Shown here piece by piece: positions 23,322-34,447 of a DNA stretch of 64,000 nucleotides (the first letter of the stretch is position 1; the number at the start of each line of letters is the position of its first letter). The DNA comes from Candidatus Latescibacterota bacterium. GTDB lineage: Bacteria > Latescibacterota > UBA2968 > UBA8231. The stretch covers positions 4,224,001-4,288,000 of the forward strand of contig OY730476.1 of the NCBI GenBank assembly GCA_963422735.1, read 5' to 3'. Both the position numbers and the translations under genes were made by a program. The notes below the pieces were generated by a model. The model made no database searches. It was not told the DNA's origin and saw only the letters and a list, made by a program, of their open reading frames with translations.

Positions 23322-23936
23322 ATGACCGTGAAATCATTCGCCCTCTTGAGCTTCTGCGGCCTCCTCACCTTGAGTGCTTGCAGTGCTTGCAGCAACCCCT
23401 TTGCACCCAACACACAAAAACCCACCGACATAGAGCCGCCGGCCCCACCCGCTCCCGACGCCACGACTCCTGAGCAGCTTATGGACAACCTCGCCCATGC
23501 CATGCACACCCGAGACGAAGAGCTCTACGAGAGTTTGCTCGACAAAGACTTCTTGTTTACCGAGTTCAATTGTCTCGGCGAAGTGGAGTTCCACTACGGC
23601 TTAGAAAAAGAACTGGAGATCATGGCCGGCAGCCGCGATGGTTCACAGCCGGGCATCTTCGACGAGTTCCGCCATCATTTCACCTTCAATTTTACGTCCA
23701 CTCACCGCATAAAAGAACTCGGTTCCGACCATCCGGAAGCTTTTCCCGAGGATCCCAATGGCCACCCGGACGAAGACTGGGAGGTCTTCTACGGGCGGGT
23801 CCAAATGGAGTTGCTTCGCTCGGAGGGCGAAGGCTTTCGCGTAGATCAGTTTATGACCTTCAAACTCCGCCTCGATCCAGACGACGACCTGTGGAAAATC
23901 GTCCGTTGGGAAGACAAATGCTTAGGCAGCACTTAA
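23322..23936 (+). CDS. Hypothetical lipoprotein (possibly NTF2-like)
   Basis: GGAG RBS; lipobox SAC-SNPF; TPEQLMDNL...Y..LL..DF.F...WKIVRWED. Confidence 0.78.
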   Translation: MTVKSFALLSFCGLLTLSACSACSNPFAPNTQKPTDIEPPAPPAPDATTPEQLMDNLAHAMHTRDEELYESLLDKDFLFTEFNCLGEVEFHYGLEKELEIMAGSRDGSQPGIFDEFRHHFTFNFTSTHRIKELGSDHPEAFPEDPNGHPDEDWEVFYGRVQMELLRSEGEGFRVDQFMTFKLRLDPDDDLWKIVRWEDKCLGST

Positions 23937-23948
23937 AGCATTGAGCCA

Positions 23949-26212
<2,264 letters not shown>

Positions 26213-26222
26213 AAGGATCGGT

Positions 26223-26798
26223 TCAGGCCGCTTGGTCGCAAGGCGCGCAGACTAGGGCGAACCGCCTCGCACCCCCCACGTCGAGTTCGGTCGCAAAATC
26301 CCTCTTGACCGGCACGGACTGCTCGCCACAAAAATCGCATTTGCCGCGCTCTGAGTATTCGGGAATCGCCCCTATTTCGAACTCGACCTGTTTGCGCTTT
26401 TCGCGCCCTTGGGAAAACAGCCGCGCAAAATTGAGCACTTGCTTGTCGGTCTCGCGCTCCAAGGTCCGCTCTATGATCTCGTCGAGCGCTGGGTCGTCGG
26501 GTTTGCCGCCGTCTTCGAGCGTGTGCCAAGCAGCTCGGCGCACCCGCGCATCTTGGTCTTCGAGCATCCGATAGAGCGCCTTCCAGACCTCGTCTATGCT
26601 CTGACGCACGTGGCAGGGGCACAAAAAAGACGCCGCCTGTAAGCGATCTGCTGGATCGGCGCTATGCGACATTTGCAACAGTTCCTGAATCTCCTCGCGC
26701 CCCACGCGCAGTTCGCCTTGGCGGAAAGCTGCTCGCTGATACTTGTTCAGTCCCTTGGGCCTCGACTTGCTGCTCCGTCCTTTTCTGCTCATGTCCAA
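26223..26798 (-). CDS. HEAT-repeat protein with C-terminal CxxC...CxxC motif
   Basis: LCPCHV, LED.DARVRRAAWHTL; CDFC...CAPC. Start may be 26792. Confidence 0.75.
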   Translation of the reverse strand: MDMSRKGRSSKSRPKGLNKYQRAAFRQGELRVGREEIQELLQMSHSADPADRLQAASFLCPCHVRQSIDEVWKALYRMLEDQDARVRRAAWHTLEDGGKPDDPALDEIIERTLERETDKQVLNFARLFSQGREKRKQVEFEIGAIPEYSERGKCDFCGEQSVPVKRDFATELDVGGARRFALVCAPCDQAA

Positions 26799-26971
26799 TT
26801 CTCCTGTCTCAACCTTGTCATCATCTTAATGGCGAGAGTGCTGCAATGTCAAAGAGTTCGCCCATTGCCTTTGCGGTATGAAGCGGCCGCGGCATACCAT
26901 CTTATGCCGGTATTACTCAACACGGGAATTTTTATTAGATTTCCTAGAGATTTTACTCTACTGAAAGGAAT

Positions 26972-27325
26972 TTGCCCGTGTTCGATCTTATTTCCACTGC
27001 CTACGCCTTGGGCGGTGCGCCCGCCGATGGCGGCGAACAGCCCAACCCCATCGCCTCGCTCCTGCCTTTTGCGCTGATGTTCTTGGTTCTCTACCTCTTG
27101 CTATTGAGGCCGCAGATGAAGAAGCAGAAGAATCAACAGCGGATGATCGACGAACTCGAAAAAAACGATGAAATCGTCACCAGTGGCGGGATCCACGGCA
27201 CCATCCTCAACATCAAAGACGATATCCTCGTGGTCAAAATCGCCGACAACGTCAAGATCGAGGTCTCGCGTGCGGCCGTTTCGCGGGTAAAAAACAAAGA
27301 AGACGCCGACGGCAAGAGGAAGTAG
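26972..27325 (+). CDS. yajC: Preprotein translocase subunit YajC
   Basis: YLLLLRPQ.KKQK, DEIVTSGGIHG; near tgt. Start may be the GTG at 26978. Confidence 0.95.
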   Translation: MPVFDLISTAYALGGAPADGGEQPNPIASLLPFALMFLVLYLLLLRPQMKKQKNQQRMIDELEKNDEIVTSGGIHGTILNIKDDILVVKIADNVKIEVSRAAVSRVKNKEDADGKRK

Positions 27326-28248
27326 TGAGGCTCGCGTTTATGGGAACCCCTCGCTTTGCGGTTCCTTCCTTAAAAGCCCTCGCCCAGAGCCGCCACCAGA
27401 TCGTCGCCGTCGTCACCAATCCCAACCGACCCCAAGGGCGGGGCCGCCAGCTCGCAAGCCCACCCGTCAAAGAGCAAGCCCTAAAGCTCGGCTTAGAAGT
27501 GCTGCAACCGGCCGCGGTCAAAGACCCAGCGCTAGCCGCGACGCTAGCTGCGCGTACGCCCGACCTCTTTGTCGTCGTCGCCTTCTCCATCCTGCCCCGT
27601 CTCTTACTCGCCATTCCCCGCCTCGGCTCAATCAACCTGCATCCCTCGCTCTTGCCAGCCTATCGCGGCGCGGCCCCTATTATCTGGGCGGTAGCCAACG
27701 GCGAGAAGGAGACGGGCATCACCACCTTCCAACTCAGCCCGCGCATTGACGCGGGTCACATCCTACTCCAGCGCCGCTTTGCCATTGACTGCGACGAGAC
27801 GGCCGGCGAGCTGGAGGCCCGCTTGTGCATGGAGGGTGCCAAAATGGTCGTGGAGACCGTTGATGGGCTGGAAGATGGCCGCCTCACCGGACGGCCTCAA
27901 GGTACGGACGGCGTCAGTCGGGCACCCAAGCTGACCAAAGAGGACGGCCAGATTGACTGGCACCAACCAGCCGAGCGGGTACGCAACCTCGTCCGCGGCA
28001 TGAATCCCGCGCCTGGTGCCCATACCCAATGGCAGGACAAAACGCTCAAAGTACACCGGACTCAGCACACTGCGGGCTGCGGCGCACCCGGCACCGTACT
28101 CTGCGCCGATGGCCGCCGAGGTTTAATAGTGGCATGCGGCGAGGGTGCCCTGCAACTGACCCAAGTACAACCGGCGGGCAAAGCCGCCATGGAGGGAACG
28201 GCCTTTGTGCGGGGCTACCCGATTGCGGCTGGCATGCGGCTGGGCTAA
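27325..28248 (+). CDS. fmt: Methionyl-tRNA formyltransferase
   Basis: FMGTP.FA, NLHPSLLP.YRGAAPI, APKL.KEDG.IDW. Confidence 0.97.
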   Translation: MRLAFMGTPRFAVPSLKALAQSRHQIVAVVTNPNRPQGRGRQLASPPVKEQALKLGLEVLQPAAVKDPALAATLAARTPDLFVVVAFSILPRLLLAIPRLGSINLHPSLLPAYRGAAPIIWAVANGEKETGITTFQLSPRIDAGHILLQRRFAIDCDETAGELEARLCMEGAKMVVETVDGLEDGRLTGRPQGTDGVSRAPKLTKEDGQIDWHQPAERVRNLVRGMNPAPGAHTQWQDKTLKVHRTQHTAGCGAPGTVLCADGRRGLIVACGEGALQLTQVQPAGKAAMEGTAFVRGYPIAAGMRLG

Positions 28249-28696
28249 CCTACTCTTCGCCCTGCTCGCGGGGCGACCGGCCTATGCCACAGAGGTAGAG
28301 ACCGATTCGACTCGCACCGACACCCTGCCTTCGGCGCATGGTGCGCTCCTGCGCTCGGCCGTGCTGCCCGGCTGGGGCCAGTACTACAATGGCCGCCCCG
28401 TCAAGGGGCTGTTCTTAGGTGCAGCAAGCGCAACAGCCCTCACCGCAGTCGTGGTCGAGCATCGCCGCATCCGTTCCGCGCCCACGCCCGAGGAACACCA
28501 AGACCGCACCGCCCGCCGCAACAGTCGCCTGCTGTGCTTCGCGTTCTCGGTCGCCTTGGCCGCGATCGACGCCTATGTCGATGCCCACCTCGCGGACTTT
28601 GGTGCCGTGCTGCCCGGCCTCAGTATTGGGGCCGAGATGCAAGTGGAGATGCAGCGCGGCAAAGCGTGGCTTTGGTTGAAAGCAACCGTGCCTTAG
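28205..28696 (+). CDS. DUF5683-like membrane protein
   Basis: SAVLPGWGQYYN and IDAYVDAHL.DF motifs; start uncertain (TTG 28223 possible). Confidence 0.75.
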   Translation: MCGATRLRLACGWANLLFALLAGRPAYATEVETDSTRTDTLPSAHGALLRSAVLPGWGQYYNGRPVKGLFLGAASATALTAVVVEHRRIRSAPTPEEHQDRTARRNSRLLCFAFSVALAAIDAYVDAHLADFGAVLPGLSIGAEMQVEMQRGKAWLWLKATVP

Positions 28697-29046
28697 ATGC
28701 TCTGCTCAATTCGCTCAACGCGGCGTCTTAGCAACTTGAGGCGGTCGAATGCGAACGGCATACATTGCCGCGAGTAGTAAGGGGTTGGGATGCGGCGGCG
28801 ACGTTCCAAGTGAACGAGCTCGCGCTCGAGCTCGACGGAGAGTCGGTCGGAAAAAAACAACACGAGCGGGTGGGCATTGAGCAGGCTGCCGAGTCGTGAG
28901 GTGCGGCCGTGGGCCAACATCTGCACTCGGAAGGCGAGCTGTCGCAGGCCGCGCAAGGCTACTAGCCGCCCCAAGATCACATAGGCCGCATAGGCTAGGC
29001 AAATTAGGAAGACCCCGCAGGCCACATATATGAAGTAGTAGAACAT
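28693..29046 (-). CDS. Hypothetical membrane-anchored protein
   Basis: N-terminal TM helix MFYYFIYVACGVFLICLAYAAYVIL. Confidence 0.6.
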   Translation of the reverse strand: MFYYFIYVACGVFLICLAYAAYVILGRLVALRGLRQLAFRVQMLAHGRTSRLGSLLNAHPLVLFFSDRLSVELERELVHLERRRRIPTPYYSRQCMPFAFDRLKLLRRRVERIEQSI

Positions 29047-29185
29047 ATCACTCTCGGCCTCACGCCTAAATATCTGATACGCGGCCCGTTGGCTCAAGCT
29101 CATTTCCCAACTGCTAACAGGAATGAGATGCTTGCTTAATTGGCCCAAAAAATCTATTTGAAGTGAACGCAGCCTCTTTGAAGGA

Positions 29186-29404
29186 CGGACTTTCCTAGAA
29201 TAAGGACTGTTTAATTAGTGGTTAGTGGTTAGTGGTTAGTGGTTAGTGGTCCGTCCTATCCGGCCCCTTGGCGGCGGGTACCCGGCGACTGGCCTCGGAA
29301 CATCGACGCGGGGAACCACGCTGGTCCGGACGAGGGCTACGGGCAGGCCGAGTGAAACCGCCTACATGAAACCGGAATGCCCAACCGTAAACTAGGAAAT
29401 TCCG
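29186..29404. mobile_element. TIR-bounded element carrying (TTAGTGG)5, copy 1
   Basis: Ends CGGACTTTCCTAG / CTAGGAAATTCCG (12/13 inverted match); flanked by 8-bp direct repeat TTGAAGGA (29178-29185, 29405-29412); homologous to 61224-61505. Confidence 0.8.
29215..29249 (+). repeat. Heptamer tandem repeat (TTAGTGG)x5
   Basis: Read directly from the sequence. Confidence 0.97.
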
Positions 29405-29416
29405 TTGAAGGATACC

Positions 29417-29968
29417 ATGAAAAATCGCCCTTGTACTGTACTTCTCCTCGCCGCGTTGTTTGCTTCCTGTGGCACCGATTCAACCAAAAGCCCTAACGCG
29501 AATCCACCGATACTCTCAGCCCAGCTCGACGGCCGCTACGCGCAAAATATTCGCATTGAGGAGGACCAATTCACGGCTACTGGCCCCGGTCAAGAGGTCG
29601 TCCTCACCTTTGCGGCCCAGGGTATGGTAAACGTCAAACAGTTTGAGTTGCACTTAGAGATCGAGCCGGCCAGTGCCTTGGCTTTTGAAGGTTCTTCTTT
29701 CGCCGCGACCGAGCCCTTTCTCACCCCGCCCCTCAGCATTGAGCTGATGGGAGCGGGGCTGTGGCGCACCGGCGGCGCGAGCATCAGCCAAACCAAAAAG
29801 GGCGACGATATCCTAGGGACGCTCACGTTGAGGACCGGCGACGACTTCGCCGCGGGAATGCAAGTGCAAGTGCGCGTGGCCTTCTTTTCGCTAGGACCCA
29901 GTTTTTCCGACCGCGACGACTACGCGGCCGCCGACCTCAACATGGGGGTGGTGATTAACGGCAGCTAA
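29417..29968 (+). CDS. Hypothetical lipoprotein (beta-sandwich/cohesin-like)
   Basis: GAAGGA RBS, ATG 29417, lipobox FASC. Confidence 0.72.
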   Translation: MKNRPCTVLLLAALFASCGTDSTKSPNANPPILSAQLDGRYAQNIRIEEDQFTATGPGQEVVLTFAAQGMVNVKQFELHLEIEPASALAFEGSSFAATEPFLTPPLSIELMGAGLWRTGGASISQTKKGDDILGTLTLRTGDDFAAGMQVQVRVAFFSLGPSFSDRDDYAAADLNMGVVINGS

Positions 29969-29978
29969 ACTCGACTCC

Positions 29979-30008
29979 TTGACGATGTAGAGGGGGATTG
30001 CTTATCTT
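29979..30008 (+). promoter_or_regulatory. Putative sigma-70 promoter of tRNA-Ala
   Basis: TTGACG-18 nt-TATCTT just upstream of the tRNA. Confidence 0.45.
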
Positions 30009-30020
30009 TTTTACTCTTGT

Positions 30021-30096
30021 GGGGCTGTAGCTCAGTTGGGAGAGCGCCTGAATGGCATTCAGGAGGTCAGGGGTTCGATTCCCCTCAGCTCCACCA
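30021..30096 (+). tRNA. tRNA-Ala (GGC)
   Basis: GGGGCTG acceptor stem with G3:U70, TAGCTCAGTTGG D-arm, anticodon GGC, GGTTCGATTCC T-arm, encoded CCA. Confidence 0.98.
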
Positions 30097-30116
30097 TGAT
30101 AAGGCTATCAGGTAGT

Positions 30117-30153
30117 AAAGGGTTTACGACATGCCGTCGCAGACCCTTTTTTT
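30117..30153 (+). terminator. Intrinsic terminator after the tRNA
   Basis: AAAGGGTTTACGAC / GTCGCAGACCCTTT imperfect stem followed by a T-run. Confidence 0.7.
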
Positions 30154-30228
30154 CGGATTTCTCGACCGCATGCCCTGCTCCGACTGTTTTCGCCGCACAC
30201 AACTCTCTAATAGCACGTTGAGAACGGA

Positions 30229-33200
30229 ATGGATTCAGCCCATTCACTCGACCACATCGTTCGCCTGACCTCCCAGACGGACAGTTTCAGACAGGTCGCC
30301 GCCCGGCTTGCGAATGGACAGCAACGCATCCTGTTCCACGGGCTGCCTACGACCCTAGCCGCGTTTCTGGCCAGTCACCTCCGCACGGCCCTAGAACGCC
30401 CCGTCCTCATCGTCGCGGCCGACGAAGACCGCGCCGAGCAGTGGCGCGACGACCTCCAAGTCATCGCCGGCGAGCAGATGGTCTATTACTTCCCCGCTTG
30501 GGACGTTGGAATCTACGACCGGCAGTCCCCGGACCTCGAAATTACCAGCTTGCGCGTGGCCACCGCCGCGCGGCTCATGCGCGGCGAACCGGCCATCGTC
30601 GTCGCCCCGGCTTCGGCCTTGCTCGATCCGCTAATCCCGCCCCATGCGCTCGAATTGGGCACGGAGATTCTCGAGGTAGGCGAGGAACGAGACCTCGACG
30701 CGCTCTGCTCGCATTGGGTCGCCTGCGGCTTTGATCGCGTGGCGTCCATCGACGGTATCGGGCAGTTTAGCCTGCGCGGCGGCATCCTCGACATATACCC
30801 TTTCGGCGTTGAGCATCCCTATCGCTGCGAGTTCTTCGGCGATGAAATCGAATCCATCCGCCACTTTGACGTCAGCACCCAGCGCTCGCTGAGTGCCTGT
30901 GAAGAGGCTTGGGTGCTGCCGGCACGCGAGGTGCTACTCGATTCCCCTTTTTACGAAGATTACCTCCAGCGGATTGAGGCCGCTGGCGCGGCAGAAGCTC
31001 TCACTCCGCTGAAAGACCAACTAGAACTAGGCGAGTCGCTTGATGGCATTGAGTGCTACACTTCTCTGCTCTACGGTCGCGACGACGGGCTTTTCGAGTA
31101 CCTCAAAGATCCGGTGCTCTTTTTGGAGGAACGCGAAGACATCGCCGCGGCCCTCGACAAGACCTTAGCGAAGCCGCGCCAAGAGTACGATCGGTCGCGG
31201 CAAAGAGAATCGCGGCTGCCTCCATCGGCCCTCCTGCGCGACGGAGATTGGCTCATCGCGCAGCTAGACGAACGCACCCGGCTCGAGCCAGTGCCCTTGG
31301 GCCAGCTTGATAACGCCGTCCGCTTCGAAGCTACAAAGCCGCGCATCTTTGCCGGCGAGCGAGCGCTCCTACAGCAGGAAATTGACCGGCTCGCAACCGA
31401 GTCCTATTCCATCCACATCCGCTGCGAGACCAAGGGACAGGCGAGCCGCTTACAAGAAATTTTCGCCGACTGCCCCGAGATCCACTTCGGGCTTGGCTCG
31501 CTGCACCAGGGTTTCACCTTTCCGCAAGCCCAGCTAGCCCTGTTTAACGACCACGAGATCTTCAGCCGCCAAAAGCGCCGCTACCGCTACCGCAGGTTCC
31601 GCTCAGCCAAGTCCATCGCCAACTACGGAGCCTTGCAGCGCGGTGATTTCGTCGTCCACATCGACCACGGCATTGGCCGCTACTTGGGCATCCGCCGCCT
31701 GCGGATCGGCGGACGCGAACACGATTGCCTCGTCGTGGTCTATCAGGGCCAAGACCGCGTCTTCGTCCCCGTCGAACAACTCGACCGCCTGCGCAAGTAT
31801 TCCAGTGCCGAAGGCGAGACGCCCCTACTCAGCAAGCTGGGCAGTGCCGCTTGGGAGAAACTCAAGGAGCGCACGCGCGAAGAGATATTCAAAATGGCCA
31901 GCGAGCTGGTACACCTCTACGCCGAGCGCAAGGCAAGGCCCGGATTCGTGTTCTCGGCCGATGGCCCATTGCACCGAGAGCTAGAGGTGGCCTTCCCCTT
32001 CCAAGAGACGCCCGACCAGTTGCGCACCATGGAAGAAGTTAAAAAGGACATGGAAACGCCGCACCCGATGGATCGCTTAGTCTGCGGCGACGTTGGCTAT
32101 GGCAAGACCGAGGTCGCCGTGCGCGCCGCTTTCAAGGCCGTCTGCGACCACAAGCAGACCGCCGTGCTGGTGCCCACCACCATTCTCGCCGAGCAGCACT
32201 ACCAGACCTTCTCAGAACGCATGGGGCACACTCCAGCGCGCGTCGAAGTGCTCAGCCGCTTCCGCTCCCCTAAGGAGCAGCAACAGATCCTCCAAGACGT
32301 CAAAAATGGCCAGGTTGATGTGCTCATCGGCACCCATCGCATCCTCTCCAAGGACATCCGCTTCCGCGACTTAGGGCTTTTGATCGTCGATGAAGAGCAG
32401 CGCTTTGGGGTCCGCCACAAGGAGCGGCTCAAGCAGCTAAAGCGGCTCGTCGATGTCCTGACCCTGACGGCGACCCCGATCCCGCGCACCCTGCACATGT
32501 CGATGATGGGCGCTCGGGATATGTCGGTGATCAACACCCCGCCGCAGGATCGCCTGCCCATCCACACCGAGATCCTAGCTTTTGACGAGGCTCGCATTGC
32601 CGAGGCCATCCACCGCGAAGTCGAGCGCGGTGGTCAAGTTTACTTCGTACACAATCGAGTACAGTCGATTCAGCGGCTCAAGGAATACCTGCAAGATCTC
32701 CTGCCGCAGGTGCGCTGTGGCGTCGCCCACGGGCAGATGCCACCCAAGCAGCTAGAGAAGGTCATGGTCGATTTCTTGGAACGGAGATACGACTGTTTAG
32801 TCTGCACTATGATCATTGAATCGGGTATCGACATTCCTTCAGTCAACACCATCATCGTCAACCGGGCCGACGCGCTGGGCCTGAGTCAGCTCTACCAGAT
32901 CAGAGGCCGGGTCGGTCGCTCTAACGAGCGCGCCTACGCCTATCTGCTGGTGCCCAAGGGCAAGAAGCTGACCAAGAAGAGCCGCCTGCGCCTGCGCGCC
33001 ATCGAAGAATTCGCCGATTTAGGGTCTGGGTTCAACATCGCCATGCGCGATCTAGAGATTCGCGGTGCCGGCAACCTAGTGGGGGCGCAGCAACACGGAT
33101 TTATCGCCGCTGTCGGCTTCGACCTCTACTGTCGCTTGTTGGACGAGGCCATGCGCGGAATCAAGGGCGATTACTCGCCTGACAGCCCCGAGCCCGATAT

Positions 33201-33627
33201 AAAAATCGCGGTCTCGGCTTATATTCCAGATGAGTACTTGCACGACCCAGACCAAAAGATGGAGTTCTACCAGCGCTTAGCCGACGCCGGCCGCATTGTC
33301 GATCTTTTGGATATCCGCGAGGAGATGCAGGATCGCTTTGGGCGCCTGCCCCAGCCGGCGCGCTCGCTAATGCACATCATGGAAATCAAGATCATGGCCC
33401 GCCAGCTCGGCCTCGAAAGCGTCCAGTTGGAGCAGAGTCGCTTTCGCCTCGCCTTTCCGTCAGACCGGCCGATCTCACCGGCCGATATCCAGAAGATGGT
33501 GGAGCAGTCTTCTACTCAGCTAGACTTCGATTTGGGCGCACAGCTCAAAATCGAGGTTCGGGTGCCGGGCCGCGACGAGATTGAGCGCTTGGAAAAGGTG
33601 CGCGACATCTTGGAGGAAATCCTCTGA
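30229..33627 (+). CDS. mfd: Transcription-repair coupling factor
   Basis: RGGILDIYP, VVHIDHGIG, GDVGYGKT, DEEQRFGV, TATPIPRT, QIRGRVGR, DLEIRGAGN. Confidence 0.98.
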   Translation: MDSAHSLDHIVRLTSQTDSFRQVAARLANGQQRILFHGLPTTLAAFLASHLRTALERPVLIVAADEDRAEQWRDDLQVIAGEQMVYYFPAWDVGIYDRQSPDLEITSLRVATAARLMRGEPAIVVAPASALLDPLIPPHALELGTEILEVGEERDLDALCSHWVACGFDRVASIDGIGQFSLRGGILDIYPFGVEHPYRCEFFGDEIESIRHFDVSTQRSLSACEEAWVLPAREVLLDSPFYEDYLQRIEAAGAAEALTPLKDQLELGESLDGIECYTSLLYGRDDGLFEYLKDPVLFLEEREDIAAALDKTLAKPRQEYDRSRQRESRLPPSALLRDGDWLIAQLDERTRLEPVPLGQLDNAVRFEATKPRIFAGERALLQQEIDRLATESYSIHIRCETKGQASRLQEIFADCPEIHFGLGSLHQGFTFPQAQLALFNDHEIFSRQKRRYRYRRFRSAKSIANYGALQRGDFVVHIDHGIGRYLGIRRLRIGGREHDCLVVVYQGQDRVFVPVEQLDRLRKYSSAEGETPLLSKLGSAAWEKLKERTREEIFKMASELVHLYAERKARPGFVFSADGPLHRELEVAFPFQETPDQLRTMEEVKKDMETPHPMDRLVCGDVGYGKTEVAVRAAFKAVCDHKQTAVLVPTTILAEQHYQTFSERMGHTPARVEVLSRFRSPKEQQQILQDVKNGQVDVLIGTHRILSKDIRFRDLGLLIVDEEQRFGVRHKERLKQLKRLVDVLTLTATPIPRTLHMSMMGARDMSVINTPPQDRLPIHTEILAFDEARIAEAIHREVERGGQVYFVHNRVQSIQRLKEYLQDLLPQVRCGVAHGQMPPKQLEKVMVDFLERRYDCLVCTMIIESGIDIPSVNTIIVNRADALGLSQLYQIRGRVGRSNERAYAYLLVPKGKKLTKKSRLRLRAIEEFADLGSGFNIAMRDLEIRGAGNLVGAQQHGFIAAVGFDLYCRLLDEAMRGIKGDYSPDSPEPDIKIAVSAYIPDEYLHDPDQKMEFYQRLADAGRIVDLLDIREEMQDRFGRLPQPARSLMHIMEIKIMARQLGLESVQLEQSRFRLAFPSDRPISPADIQKMVEQSSTQLDFDLGAQLKIEVRVPGRDEIERLEKVRDILEEIL

Positions 33628-34445
33628 AAACACTGCTTGCCATCGCGCTCGCGCTCAGCGCACTGCCGGGGTGTGAATCGTCGAGCACCCGCGACATCGT
33701 CGCCCGCGTCGGAGACACCGAACTTGCGGAAAGCGAGTTCGCAAGCCAATTCGCGCCCGGCTCCGACGCCGATCTAGCCGAAGGCGAGCGAGCGCAGCTC
33801 ATCGAGGACTGGGTGCGCCAAGAACTGCTCTATCAGGAAGCTCTCGCTCGCGGGCTCCACCATCAAGAGCGGCTCAAAACGCTTCTAGATCAGATGCGGC
33901 GAGACCTGCTGGTGGCGGCCCTGCTCGACGCCGAGTTCCAAGACCATGAGCTCGCCTTCAGCGAGGCCGCAATCCGTCGCTACTACGACGCGCATCAAGC
34001 CGATTTTCGGAGGATTCGCCCCGAGATTAAGGCGCGGCACATCCTCCTGACCAGCCAGCGAGAGGCCAATGCCCGACGGCAAACCCTGCTACAGCGAGGC
34101 GAAAGTTTTACCGAGGTGGCCCGCAAGTACTCGCACGATGCCGCCACCCGCAACAAGGGAGGTGAACTGGGCTATTTCTCCGAAGTAGAAAATCCCGTGC
34201 TGTGGGCCGCGTGCCAAGATATGCCGCTCAAGCGCATCTCCGAGCCGGTGCAGACCGACTACGGCTACCACCTCATCCAAGTCCAAGAGCAATGCGAGGT
34301 CGGTACGGTGCGCAACCTCGCACAAGTGCGCTCCCAGATCGTCGAGACGCTGGTGCGCGAGCATCATCGATCTCAGCTCGACCAATTCGTCGCCAAACTC
34401 AAAAATTCCGCCGACTGGGCTATCGTAGCCCCTACCCCCCCCTAA
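33624..34445 (+). CDS. PpiC-type peptidyl-prolyl isomerase lipoprotein (PrsA-like), probable CTG start
   Basis: ARHIL, GGELGYF and YGYHLI motifs. The frame extends upstream to a CTG overlapping the mfd stop, with GGAGG RBS and lipobox LPGC. Confidence 0.85.
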   Translation: MKTLLAIALALSALPGCESSSTRDIVARVGDTELAESEFASQFAPGSDADLAEGERAQLIEDWVRQELLYQEALARGLHHQERLKTLLDQMRRDLLVAALLDAEFQDHELAFSEAAIRRYYDAHQADFRRIRPEIKARHILLTSQREANARRQTLLQRGESFTEVARKYSHDAATRNKGGELGYFSEVENPVLWAACQDMPLKRISEPVQTDYGYHLIQVQEQCEVGTVRNLAQVRSQIVETLVREHHRSQLDQFVAKLKNSADWAIVAPTPP

Positions 34446-34447
34446 GT

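Noticed and set aside
30021-30230. tRNA-anchored genomic island
   Set aside because: No integrase follows, mfd is directly downstream, and I saw no duplicated tRNA 3' end.
30036-30247. ORFs on both strands at the tRNA
   Set aside because: Shadow translations of tRNA-Ala and its terminator.
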